64,000 bases of DNA from Pelomyxa schiedti. Lineage: Eukaryota; Protista; Evosea. Below, piece by piece: positions 1-12,227 of this stretch. A model generated the notes under the pieces. That model had not been told where the DNA came from and searched no databases. It worked only from the letters and a program-made list of their open reading frames with translations. Positions within the stretch are counted from its first letter, which is position 1. Each line of letters starts with the position of its first letter. Where the stretch lies: the NCBI GenBank assembly GCA_020536535.1, contig JAHLWZ010000664.1, positions 7,801-71,800 of the forward strand. Reading direction: 5' to 3'. The position numbers and the translations under genes were made by a program.

Positions 1-345
1 GAGGCCAAGACCGGCGAAGGACCCCCATCCACCAGTACTGCTCACTTCTTTTTTCCTTCTTCTTCCCTACTAACTCCGCATTAGCCACCACAACCGTCAC
101 CACACACGAGGGGAGTGTCTGCCTCAACAGCGTTGCCGAGTCGACCAGCGGGACACCAGTAACCATCACCACTAAGCGCTTTAGAAGGGTATGTCCCAAC
201 TGGAATCCCCTCGCTTCTCACGTTTAATTTTGCCTGTTTGTAACTTACACTCACACAAAAGGGTGACAAGATGATCACAACATTGAGCCTGACCAAGGCC
301 GGTAAGACTGTGTCTGCTGAGAGGATTTTCCACAAACTACCCTAA
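1..345 (+). CDS. 3' end of a FABP/lipocalin-like protein (spliced, 5'-truncated by the window)
   Basis: Spliced reading ...TPVTITTKRFRR/GDKMITTLSLTKAGKTVSAERIFHKLP* resembles the last beta-strands of intracellular fatty-acid-binding proteins. TAA at 343-345. Confidence 0.45.
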
Positions 346-599
346 ACAGTTCCACCCCCCAACAAACAATCAACAACCCTTTCCCAGTCCTCCATTTTTT
401 GTATTTCTTTGGTTTCTCATAATTTTCCGATGGCCCACGAGCTCGAAAACAGGAAATTTCCCCTTTCTCGTGGGTCAATTTGAAACGAAAGCTGAAAAGA
501 AACAACGAAAAAAAAACAATCAAGGTGTGGTGGTAAACCAAGACCCACAATACTACTCAACCAACCCTACGTTACATCACAGCGAGGCAGTTGTTCCAA

Positions 600-3500
600 A
601 TGGGTGACAGCAACAACAACACCCTAATCAACCCGTACACTCTGCAACCAATAGCACCACCAACACACACCCAAAAACAGCAACAGCAACCGCCGCGTCC
701 CACAATCACAGCCGTCACTGCCGCGCCCGCTGTCACGTCGTCGCCCTACTGCATCACTGTCACCGCCGCCGACGGAAACACAAAGGACTTGGGGCGCAAC
801 TCGCCACCGCCCCAACCCATAATCACTCTCTCGCCGTCCGCCTCTTCACCGTATTCACCACCACCATCTCACGCGGCGGCACTGTCACCCACCAGATTCG
901 TGGCGGACACGAGGGGGTACCAGTACGCCGACGAAACGCCGCCGCCATCACCCCAATCGCCGAATTCGCCGCCGCGGGGCACTCATGGGATAGCGCACGA
1001 TCAACAACCGCCGAGTTTCGTTGCCGATGTGCGGGGGTACCAGTTCGCCTCCGAAACGGCAATCGCGGAACCACACAATGACAACACAACAGTGCCTAAT
1101 GTGGATGTGAGAGGGTACCAGTTTGGCTGTGGTGATAGTGGCAGTAATAGTAGTAGTAGCAGCAGTAATACTAGTGCTGATAAGAGTGGTGGTGGTGGTG
1201 GTGGTGGTGGTGCGGATGCAAGCGGGTATCAATTTGGCTGTGGTGAGGGCACTGCTGTCAATACCGGGGATTCTGGGGTTGGTGGATATGGTGCGCCGAC
1301 AACTAACAGTCAGTATACTATGCCAAGTACTGGGACGCAAAGGAATGATGCACCGAGTGGTTCTGTTGGGGCCACCGCTGTGACGGGTGAGGCTACTCAA
1401 CTTCCATGGTAAACAAAGGTTGAAATTAGTGACGTAAGTCAACATTGTGCAGGAAGGAAAAGACTCTGCACTGGAACGAGCAGTTTCAAAACATTATCAA
1501 ACAGGAAGACGGTTTAGAGAAATATTCTCAAATCGCCCAGTTTGCAAATGACTTTGTATATAGTGCTAGTTTATACGGAAAGTATGCACAAAAGCCAATC
1601 ATTTTGCCTCTCACAATGCATTACTATCCAGAATTATTATATCTGAGCTTGGTATGCCTGAAAAAGAAAAAACAATCAAGCCCATCTCTATTGGTAACTT
1701 TCTGAATCCTTTGGGTTCTCCCTGAGGTATTAAATCTAGGCGGAATTGCTGGTGGAGAAAAGTATATTGTCAGAGGCATTTTCTTCAAACTCGCAATTGA
1801 TAAGCACAATTTGTACAATTCCGACGAGAAAGCGGCCAAAGGAGCTGGTCTACTTCCCCCTCTTTACGATTCCACTGATCTGTTCAGGACACGAACTCAA
1901 AGGATTGCAGTCCTACTACAACTGCCATATTCCAGGACTATGCTTGCCGTTGTTCGTGCTTATTGACTACAAAGGGTATGGACTGGCTGTAATATCGCCG
2001 TTGACTCTCACAGATACCGGCTGAGTGCAACATCCGTTCTTCCTATCCGAAGTGATACAATCAAGTACGGCTCCTCTGATGCCGCTTTGCATATACACAC
2101 AGGTAAGCCTGTCTGCGTGCCTTATAAACTTATGAATTTGTGTAGAAATACCAGAATTGAATAGAAAAATGGAGGAGGCTGCAGCCATGCTTAACTTAAA
2201 AGGGCATGCAATTAATGGAAAACTTCTTCACAGTGCTGTTGACGTTGAGGTGCATCAAGGGTTGGACGGTAACTTCTACATTGTGGACTCGTGTGTCATC
2301 TACAATTGTATTAATTCAATGACCTTTTCTGCAGTGCACGTGTATTTCCTCCTGAAGCCCCTCTTGATGATGACTTCGTGGAAAAGAGACGATATCTCTA
2401 CTCTCTATTAAGGTAAGAACAAAGTGGAAGATCTGACACAGTAATGTACAAACAGACCGGAACTTGTCAAGTCCAGTCCTGTACCTTTGAGTAGTGATGC
2501 ATATTCTTCATTTGATAGAAACGACCCCAATTGTGATGAGAACAGGGAAGATCTAATGCTTGTATAGTGGCACAAAATCTATACTTTTGATTTTGATGGC
2601 TAGCTAGGCAACCTTACGGCTCACGAATGAAGTTATACCCATGTTTGCCCAAAAGCTGGAAGCCCAAATACTGGAAACTGGCACATCTGATTTGAACTTA
2701 GCACAATGTCTCCATACCCTTCTTACGTGAGATATTGAAACAATACCCCAGCATTGCACAAAGCCGGTATTAATGTGAGACATCTAATGAGGCTCTACCA
2801 CTGCTGCACGACACCCATTGCTCGAACAACCATTCTCACTGGTATCTGCTATTTTATGGCCTTATTCATTATATAACCACCCTCAGAGAGTGTTGCCAGA
2901 GCGGTTAAAAGTATTATACGGGGAAAGCTCCGGAAGCGAATGAAGCGGCCCCCATTTGTTCCAACCGAGCTGCCATATAAACAAATTATCATTGATTGCT
3001 TCAATACTGTTCTTGGCCACAGTAAGTTTATTTTCCCTCATGTGGCTACTTAGAACTATTAGACGTCAGGAAGTCTGAAAAATTGTGGAGTTACGATTTA
3101 CCTGCTTGGCTAAAAGAGAACTATCGCAGTGGGTACAACCGAGATTTAAAGACAATCAGTCCCAAGCAAGTGCAGATGTTCCGTAAGTAACTAACACTTG
3201 ACTCCTTCACTCACAAAATAAACAAGTATTGATGACCAGAGTTCAAGAAATGATTGGAACATATCTGACTCCCCAAGCAAACGAGCAACTGAAGCAGAAT
3301 CCTGACACTTTCATTGCTCTCCCTCCTGACATTGGCACTGTAATTTACTAACTAACATAAACACTGCGTTTTAATAATTACGCAAGATGGAAGCTAAAAT
3401 CAAGCAGTTGAACATTGCGTACTATGCTGAAGGTTGGGAACAATTCTGAATGTGAATTTATTCACTTGTTAACAGGCTATGTCCTTCTCGTTCAGGCTAT

Positions 3501-5482
3501 GAACAGCACGCGCAAGGATGCATCACGTCTCTGGTAGAATTGATGCTAATTTTTATTTCCTTTACAGTTTTTGTAGGGCTCTCGCTGAAGATAAACTTGC
3601 TCTGGCAGTTGGTAGCACTACTGACAGCCAATCAGCTCTATTTCAGTGGGCAAACCTTATATTTGAGAAAGCTAAGCGGAGATCGCCGTCAGCCCGTATG
3701 CAATTGCTCAAAGTCGCCCTCAAGAAGTCGGTGTCCTGCATATTTTCCTAAGAGCTGACTTTCACTCTCTAGGATTCAAAGTGCATCAGAACTGGGAAAA
3801 AACCGCAAAGTGGACCTTCTCTGGGGGTGTCTGCTAGCACATGTGGCAGCTCTCAAAGATGACCCGGAAAAATCCCCGGAACTGTACATGAGAGCAGGAG
3901 CCAAGTATATGTTTGCCCGATAACATGGCCTAATTCAATAAGGTTTGAAGAAGCTTTGAGCTTTGAACCACACTGTCTCGATGAACTGGTTGAATCGGCA
4001 ATGGCTTCTCAGAAACACGAGCTTGGGGCTTTGCTGGAAACTGCTATGCAGTGGTTAGAGATGAACACTATAAATAAGCAACTGATTTATAAACAGTGCA
4101 CCTCAACTACTTCGGGTATTGCAGCGCCACCTCCACTTGCTGAAAGGCTCCCTTGAACTTGACCATGCTGGCAGACTCACAGAGCCGACGATATTGTGGC
4201 TCATCAAAAACAGTGACCCCTTCATTGTATGAATACTCCTCCAAAAATGTTGTTTACCTCTTGCAGTCAATATCACTCCTAGGATGCAGCCATGTCACTG
4301 ACAAGATTCTTGTAGAATTGGCCAATGGGAAGTCAAGCCAGCTGCACGACTTGGAACTGGTTGGGTGCCCGCTTGTAACTCCGGAGGCTGTTACCACCTT
4401 CGTGTATGGCGCAACAACAACCCCCGCTGATGGCGAAGCTGTACTGTCATTCCCAACAACACCCGCCCCGGTGTTGGCTTCTCTATCTCTGGACGATGCG
4501 CAGGCTAGTGCTGCCCCAGCAATAACTCGGAAAGGCGTGAGTGTCTTTATCATTTCCACAAAAGACCATCTGAGAACAGCGGACAAAGTTGAAGCCGGGA
4601 AACCAAAGATATACTGTACCTATCTCACTACAAAACTTCCCAAGACACTAACTCGATACCACTCAGATATCACACAAAATACAATAAAATACCAAGAAGT
4701 TGTGCATATTCTCACAACATGGAATGTGCGGCAAAAACCCATTTCAATTGCTGCCACAGCAGCTGGATGTACTGCTGAAAATTTCGCGAAGAAAGTTGTC
4801 AAAGACATGTATGGTGTTCTGAAGCGACCCCTTTTCTATGACAAATCCGATCTGTTGGTTGGGGTATGCTTATTTTCGCCGCTACTGCATGAACTTACTT
4901 TCTGGTAGGAACATAGATTCCTTGGTCACGAATTTGACCAAATTGGAGTGGAGAAATTTGGCGCGATGTACAAAGGGATGCATGCCACAGCAAGCACTGT
5001 AGTTGCATGCACTCTGGATGGAGATGAGATAATGACTTTCAAAGGCAAAGTTGAAGGAGTGATTGTTTACCCTCCGAGAGCCTCTGACAAAGGATTCGGC
5101 TGGGATTCTGTAAGCCGGGAAAAAAAATTCCATCCTTGCTTATCACAACAGATTTTCGTGCCGGATGATTACTCCAACACCCTCAGTGAAATGATTGATC
5201 ACAAATTCGTTGTAAGTTATCCCCTTTCCTCCTATAACCGGCACTCCGCCAACACCTACCGAACAATCAACCAACCTACTAACCACACACCTCTCACACA
5301 CCTAGGTCAACACACGGCACAAGCCGTTCATACAGCTGTCATACACATTGTTTGACAGGGCCAAGCACATGCACGCACTGCTGGGCCTCAGGTCATCTAA
5401 CTTCTTCCTGGACATGAGGTCATCAGAATCACCGCGGACCGGCTCCCTGTCCCCAAGGCCCCTCGCTGCTTCCCATTCATGA
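600..5482 (+). CDS. Multi-exon CLU-domain protein with helical/TPR-like region, LRR segment and C-terminal Ham1/ITPase-like domain
   Basis: CLU motifs GHELKGLQSYY, LFVLIDYKG, YGSSD, AAMLNLKGH, DVEVHQGLDGNFYIVD, RPELV, PLSSDAY. LRR-like SLLGCSHVTD..LELVGCPLVT. Ham1-like FKGKVEGVIV..GFGWDS/IFVPD..TLSEM. TGA at 5480-5482. Confidence 0.8.
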
Positions 5483-5716
5483 CACCAACTAAACTGTAGT
5501 ACCCACAATGTATGCTGGGAAAGGATTTCTGAGTTTAGAAAGGGGACCGGAGCCGCCCATGCAAAGAGGGGTTCCAGACAGGAAATTCCTCGATTGTGGA
5601 AGTCATCAAAGAAAGAATTGAGGCCGTAGCCTTCTGTTGATGTAATCCTAATCTTGTCGAATTTCCGTTCTGACCACCGTCAAGCGCTTTTTTTTTTTCA
5701 TCCAGCAAGCATTGAG

Positions 5717-7191
5717 ATGAGGGTTGTTGTGATGGTTTGTGTTGGAGTGATGATGATGGTGGGGACCAGTACGGGAGGAAGGTACCATAAGTTCGACGAG
5801 AGGGTCGTGCCTCCTGCCTTTGACTACGAAGCGGTCGGTGTCCTTCTATCTTCTTTTTTTTTTTTGGCTACAACACGCCTTATGGGAGTGTATTGGGAAT
5901 CTGTGATGAGATGGAACCTTGGTCCCCTAACCCCTCCCTTTTTTTTCACCCTTATTGTAGGCAAAGACCTCTCATATCTTTTCTCCTCAACCTTCTGAGG
6001 TGATTTTCAAAATGCACGACTCTTTTTCTGTATTTTCTGACATTCCTCCATATATTGTAGTACATTCCACGCAGCGCAATTCCTTCTTCTTGGGGTTTCA
6101 TCTTTAACCATTCTTCCCTCACTCCTGATCGAAATTTCTAGACTGGCGTGATGTTAATGGCATAAATTATTGCTCCAAAGATCTCAACCAGCATATTCCC
6201 CAGTACTGTGGAAGTTGCTGGGCCCACTCGTCTATGTCTTCTTTAGCTGACCGCTTGAATATAATGAGAAATGGCAAATGGCCATCCCTTGTTTTCTCTA
6301 TACAGGTTTCTTCTTTCCAGTATTTCGTTCATTGTAAGCAAATTGCAGGTCTTACTCAACTGTGGTCCCTTGGTATGATAAGTCCCCCTTGACGAGAAAC
6401 CTTAGTCTGAACCAGGTGGCCGGCTCTTGTCATGGTGGGACTACAATGGGTGCATATTCATGGGTGTATGAAAATGGAATTCCAGATGAAACATGTCTGG
6501 TAGCGTCTTGAGCTTTTTTTTTTCTCCTTTACCTGCCCTGATTACTTCAGACATATGAAGCAAAATCCAATGATTGTACTGCTGTGAACATATGTAGAAC
6601 GTGTGACCCCGATACTGGTTGCTCGGCTATTCAAAATTTCACTCGCTATACAATTAGTGAGTATGGCCACCTTCATGGTGTTGATGCAATGCAAGCAGAA
6701 ATGTATCTTTTTTTATTTTTATTTATTTTTTTTTTCCCTTGCCAAACAAACACAAAGCTATGCCCGGGGACCAATTTCCTGTGGTATTCATGCAAATGAT
6801 GCACTGGAAAACTACACTGGAGGTACTTAACGTATCTGATTACCCAAAACTTATTTGTTTGTAGGAGTTTTGATAGACACATCAGGCCGCATAAAAATCA
6901 ACCACTACGTTTCAGTTGTGGGATGGGGAGATGAAGCCAACCCTGATGGTAGTACTACACCCTACTGGATATGCAGGTGATGATCACCTTCCCGCGCCAA
7001 TAGCTGTTGTCTAATAAAAAAACAGGAACTCGTGGGGAAAATACTGGGGCGAATCCGGTACCACGCATAGCTTGTCAAACATATTAAATAAATATACTTA
7101 CAACCCCAAAGGTTGGTTCAGGATCATTCGCGGTACAAATAACCTCGGCATTGAAGAAGACTGCAGCTGGGGAGTACCTGTTACATTCTAA
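5717..7191 (+). CDS. CTSZ: Cathepsin Z/X-like papain-family cysteine protease
   Basis: Signal peptide; [14 protein letters not shown] with the cathepsin X HIP insertion; GSCHGG; ARGPISCGI; [10 protein letters not shown]; RNSWG; [13 protein letters not shown]. Confidence 0.92.
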
Positions 7192-7241
7192 AACCCAATA
7201 TTCATTTATAAAAAAAACCTCTTTTGCTCTCAGCCTTTCTA

Positions 7242-7308
7242 TTCCTGTTTGTGAGGTTCTCGGACACGTTCAAGGTGATTGAGGCTGCAACCGGTGTGTG
7301 TTGGATCA
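7242..7308 (+). repeat. 67-bp direct repeat, copy 1 (copy 2 at 8599-8665, inside the 3' end of the downstream gene)
   Basis: ttcctgtttgtgaggttctcggaca..gtgtgtgttggatca occurs at both sites with 2 mismatches. Confidence 0.95.
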
Positions 7309-7386
7309 TCAAATCTCTTGCAAGAGGCGATTTTTCTGAGAAGAATCGGTTGGAATCCTCCAAGATCGAACACATCGGTGATCATC

Positions 7387-8724
7387 ATGAGCGACGAGCC
7401 AAGCAGATACGCCATCACAGCCACAGGCCCAGCCTCCACCACAGTCCACTCCCAAATTGTAACTATGATGCTCGCGGCGCACGCGCGATGCGGCGCACGC
7501 ACATCCCTCGGCACCAGCGCATCACCATCATCATCATCATCACCATCATCGCCGCTTCTTCTTCTGCGGCTGTCTCCGTCGCTCGTGCACCGCCACGCCG
7601 GGGTGTGGTCCGCGTTCCTGCGCGTGCTGTGGTGCGACTTCATCGTGCCGTCGCAGCGCCGCTTCGTCGTGGACCTGGACCTCGAGCACGACACCCTCCG
7701 GCACGTCGCCGTGCAGCTGTGCGTGGCGCCCAGCATGCGGGCCCTCACGAGGCCCGCCGCCGCCGCAGGGGGCCAGTGGCCCGGGACCTGGATGGACGCG
7801 CACCGGACCGCCGTGCATTATGGGTCCAGCGGCGACGACGACGACGCCGACTTGGGCAATGGCTACGGGACCTACCGCCACAGCAACCACGTCGGCTTTT
7901 TTGGTAGTGCCCACGACGGGCGATACGACTGCAATTCCAAGTGGGTGGTCACGGTGTGGTCTGCTGATTACGGTGGCAGCCCGTCGAGATTCACCATCGC
8001 CAAGGCGCCTGACTTGGATGCACACAAGTTCGACGCAAATTGTGTCGTGGAATCTCCGTTTCTGTGTTGTGTGAAGTATGTTTCCTTCTGCATGAGGTGT
8101 GACCCTGACAAGGCTGTGGTGATTGCCACGAAACCGGACCAGCCGGAGCGCCTGCTGGCTTGGGTGGTTGATGTTGCCATGTCATTCGAATCCGGGAACC
8201 TGGTGATTGTGTGTGAGACATCCTGCAGGGTCACTGGCGATGTAAGGCAGATCAGTGTTGGCCAGGTTCTGAGCCTGACACAGGTCACTGGTGCCAACTG
8301 CTTCCTCTTGAAGTGGTCGCACTATGGGCAAAGTTCTAATCTGTGCATGATACGCGATGACAGTGGGACCAGGTCCCAGTTTGCCATTGACACTAAGGTG
8401 AACAATGCCAGTGTGTCGCAGCTGTCGGTGTCACGGTTCTGTGTGTGCACAAAGGTGGCTCTGAGTGGGTTTGCGGAGATATGGGACTGTGGGAATGACT
8501 TCAGGGAATCAGGAGCACCGTGGCTGGTGAAGGTGATGCGATTCTCAGAGCTTGGCGGTGCTGTGAATGATGTTGGAACAGTGGAGGCAAATTCGGGGTT
8601 CCTGTTTGTGAGGTTCTCGGACAGGTTCAAGGTTATTGAGGCTGCAACCGGTGTGTGTTGGATCACCGTTGTTCTTCCACCACCAGCAGCAATTCTCTGT
8701 CTGCAAAGGGTTGTCTTCCTCTGA
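7387..8724 (+). CDS. Intronless hypothetical protein, RDQF/RCG-SP family member 1
   Basis: ~445-aa uninterrupted ORF with SQIVTMMLAAHARCGARTSL..LRLSPSL, CNSKWVV, VVDVAMSFESGNL and KVIEAATG motifs shared with the other members. Confidence 0.8.
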   Translation: MSDEPSRYAITATGPASTTVHSQIVTMMLAAHARCGARTSLGTSASPSSSSSPSSPLLLLRLSPSLVHRHAGVWSAFLRVLWCDFIVPSQRRFVVDLDLEHDTLRHVAVQLCVAPSMRALTRPAAAAGGQWPGTWMDAHRTAVHYGSSGDDDDADLGNGYGTYRHSNHVGFFGSAHDGRYDCNSKWVVTVWSADYGGSPSRFTIAKAPDLDAHKFDANCVVESPFLCCVKYVSFCMRCDPDKAVVIATKPDQPERLLAWVVDVAMSFESGNLVIVCETSCRVTGDVRQISVGQVLSLTQVTGANCFLLKWSHYGQSSNLCMIRDDSGTRSQFAIDTKVNNASVSQLSVSRFCVCTKVALSGFAEIWDCGNDFRESGAPWLVKVMRFSELGGAVNDVGTVEANSGFLFVRFSDRFKVIEAATGVCWITVVLPPPAAILCLQRVVFL

Positions 8725-8926
8725 ATCTCTCTCTCGCTTTTGTTGTTTGTTTTCAACAAGCACCGAAGACACCAAATTGCAGCTAAATTTTACGGCTTTT
8801 GCCACACAATTCGGTTGGGCAGCGGAGACCAACTTAGTTCAGCGCAGATTGCTCACCACCTGCAAATTTTCTTTCTTTGGAGGTTCGGATGATTTCCCCG
8901 AATCATCTGTCTGGTTTATTCACCCA

Positions 8927-10000
8927 ATGGACACGCTCGACACCCCGCCACTCCAACGATCACAAAACGTTGCGTGGGCGCGAGACCAATTTGTGGCGTT
9001 GTGCGCTGGTGGAATTGTGGGACGGTGCGCGTCCACGTCCCCGTTGCGAGTGCTGTCCCCCGACCTTCTCTGCCACGAGATCGGTCGGAATTGGGCTATG
9101 GGAGCTGCCAGGAACGCCGTGGTCAGTGTTGACAACAAGTCCCAGACCGACCACAGCAAACCCCGACGGATGTGGTGGTTCGTCAGCGTGTCGCACACAC
9201 TGGGCGTTGTTGCAATAGACGCGGAGACGAGGCCTGGATGCGACCCCAGAGCCATAATTGGGTGGGTTGACAGGACCCACATGGTGGTCCATGCGCCGTC
9301 GTACCCGTTCATTGTTGACTTGGATACCCTGTGGGTGGTGGCCCACCTTACACCCCTACGTAGAGATGATCCGATGGACGACAGTGATGGCTGCGCTTAT
9401 GGCGCCGGGGTCCGCATTGTGAACACCGCTGTCGTGTCAGTGCTGAAGGGAGCTGAGGATGTGTTGTGGTTTGTTGACTTGGAGAAAACCCACCAACAGG
9501 GTGTGTTTGTCATCACTGAGGAGTTGCACAACACGGAATGCGGGGGCATTTACTGGTCCGCAGAGCATGGTTTCATTGCTGCCATCGAGGATCGTGGAAA
9601 GGGTTATCAGATTATTGCCCTGGCCACACGCCAAGTGCTGCGGCATTGCACTGGTACCCCAATCAAAGTGGATGACGGCCACTTTCGGCTGTCAGATTCT
9701 GACGAGCGAAGGTTGCAAGTGTTTTCCTTGACTGACTGTGGGTCTCCCTGCTGTGAGTTCGACACTTCCAGATGTGTTGCCACTGTGGTGTCAAATGGCC
9801 TCATGCTCCGACACATAGATGAAAGTTTAGTACCCCTCGCCAATGATGCACACCCCCAGCCCATCGTAAAGAAGGTAGCCCTCAAAACAGATGAACACAT
9901 TGAACTGGCTGATGCAGTCACTGGTTGTTTGCTGTGGCGTCAGCCTTTGCCTCCAGTTGATACCCCGTTCCACCACCGCATCACGTTCAGGCCTTTCTAA
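8927..10000 (+). CDS. Intronless hypothetical protein, RDQF family member 2
   Basis: ARDQFVALCAGGIVGRCASTSPLRVLSPDLL; FVDLEKTHQQG; IELADAVTGCLLW. Confidence 0.82.
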   Translation: MDTLDTPPLQRSQNVAWARDQFVALCAGGIVGRCASTSPLRVLSPDLLCHEIGRNWAMGAARNAVVSVDNKSQTDHSKPRRMWWFVSVSHTLGVVAIDAETRPGCDPRAIIGWVDRTHMVVHAPSYPFIVDLDTLWVVAHLTPLRRDDPMDDSDGCAYGAGVRIVNTAVVSVLKGAEDVLWFVDLEKTHQQGVFVITEELHNTECGGIYWSAEHGFIAAIEDRGKGYQIIALATRQVLRHCTGTPIKVDDGHFRLSDSDERRLQVFSLTDCGSPCCEFDTSRCVATVVSNGLMLRHIDESLVPLANDAHPQPIVKKVALKTDEHIELADAVTGCLLWRQPLPPVDTPFHHRITFRPF

Positions 10001-10306
10001 ACTCCATATAATGGAGTACTTAGTACACTTGTTTCACGTGCTTAGGTATCACTGTTTAATTGCTTCCTCCTCACACAACAACAATAGATCTCACTCATTG
10101 TTTTTTGAATCAGGATCGGCGGTTGGGGCTGTATTGCCTACAACATTCCTTACCGTTTGTTTATTTTTCTCTTGATCAGATAAGCACAGCCTCTTCTGGT
10201 GTGTCGATTGGTGTCTTCGATCCAATGAGCCGCGAAATCTTGAAAGTTCCTTCCAAGAGTTCACAGAAAACTGTTTCATCAACCGAATCATCGCTACGTT
10301 TGACCA

Positions 10307-11958
10307 ATGACGACACCCACATCGGAACCGCCATCCCGCAATGCGGTATGTGATGGCGATCCAACAATGACTGCTACAGCAAGTGCTAGTAATGGGTGGG
10401 GACGGTACCTTAGAATGGGACTGCCCATTCCAACTGTTTTGGAAACCAGGCTATGGTCATCACTGCCTTCACTGAAATCTACTACTACTGGTAGTATTGG
10501 GGCAGCACCACCAACTCATAAGCGTAGCCCTGCCGTTATAGTTACTATTCCTGAAAAGAATTCTGCTGCCCAAAATAAGAGCACCACTACCACTACTAGT
10601 AGTTCTTCACAGCCACAATTTGATTGCACAAACGACGTTGTTTCGGCACTACGGAAAAGCGCTGATTTGGCGAAGGGCACTGATTCTACACTGGTTTGGA
10701 GGGACCAAATGTTGGCGCTGTGCTGCTGTATGCACCCCAGGGTTGGTGCCAATTCAACGCCGGTAAGGGCCCTGATTATGGGCATAGAATGCTGTGGACT
10801 TGGGAACGTGGCCGAGATAGTGAAGGCTGTAGGGGCACTGCTCAAGCCGCCGGCAACTGTGTTCGTTGCTGGGTTTTCTGGAGACAGTACTGGAGGGTGG
10901 TGTGCACTGCGGATAGATGGATGTGTTTCCAGACTTGCACACAGGGAACTGCACTCCCATTCTAAAGTGTTGGGAAGTATCTCCGGGAGACTAATGGTAC
11001 TGCAGGACGAGGGAGGCATTGGGATATGGGATTTGGTAACTGGACAAATGTGTCCTGCGATGAGCGGGTATCCGCAACTTAACTATCTCTACGATGCTGC
11101 GTTATGGCTACCCTCCGACCTCAATTCCTGTATTGTACACATTTTGATAACTTCCACTAAAACCGGAAAGGTGGAAGACTGGTTATTTGTGGGGATAAGG
11201 ACGTACAGCAAATACATGTATGCACCTTCCTGGGGTCTTGCGTGTTTGCTTCTTTGCCGAGACCTACAAGTGAAGCTTGCTATGTAGCGTGGATGAACGC
11301 AAATGCCTTTGTATGTGTAACCGAAACCGAGATTGCACTTTGTAAACTCAAACAAAATTGGGCTAGTTCCTCAATACTAAATACTACGTCGCCAAATGTG
11401 TATATCAGACAATTTATGCCATATGATATGCGCCGGCACCCTTCAATACACCCACTCGCAATACTCTCTGGTTCTACTACACTATCCTTAGCGGTACTCT
11501 ACCGACAGTACCATCCACCACATATTGGAATGGGACGAGTCTACTTATTCACGGGGCTTCTTAATGAATCTGGCTCTGAAAAAATGCTACTAGCCGAGAG
11601 CGTTGACACCATTGCTTCCTACAATGGCCGCGTTATAGCCCATATACAACAGACCACAAAAGCACTCAAGTCCCAAATTGCTGTATCTATATTCCCTACA
11701 TGCAGTAACAATACCTTATTTATCCAACAGATTTTTGACGGGCGAACCGGCGATAGACTTATATCCGTTCTGAGTCCCCAGAGCATTGAACAACTATCAG
11801 TGTGCGGGAATGTACTTGCCGGTATTCACACCGGGAACATCACACTATGGAACCTCTCCACACTAAAAACAACCTTGAAAAAGAAGCAGCACAAGACTAT
11901 CAGAATACAAAACATCAACCAGCACAATTTCTGCTTCTCCCTGGGTCCCATCCTTTAA
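10307..11958 (+). CDS. RDQF-related protein with WD/beta-propeller-like C-terminus (member 3, spliced)
   Basis: RDQMLALCCCMHPRVGANSTPVRAL; GIWDLVTG, IFDGRTG, ITLWNL. A GT-AG intron at 11130-11170 joins the two ORFs; a probable second intron lies at ~11683-11730. Confidence 0.75.
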
Positions 11959-12227
11959 CCCCATCTACAATAAAACAATCCTTGTATCCGTCCACAACAA
12001 CAAACACCAACAACGACTCTTGTAGCCTAAGTCCCAGTCGCACAGATCGCGAAACAGATTCACCCATTAGCGGAACCGTGTGTGTCCTTTCGAAATTCCA
12101 AAAAAGTTTTTCGTTTCAAGGGAAAGCACGAAAGAAAGAGGGCAAAAATAAAACACACAAAAAAACACAAACCGAAGAGCAACACGCGTCGTGCGACACC
12201 CAAAAGGAGAAATTTTGAGTTGATAAA

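Noticed and set aside
7242-8665. DGR-like template/variable repeat pair
   Set aside because: The two mismatches are not at adenines and no reverse transcriptase is visible.
11100-11290. Apparent frameshift between ORFs 10307-11287 and 11242-11958
   Set aside because: Explained by a 41-bp GT-AG intron at 11130-11170.
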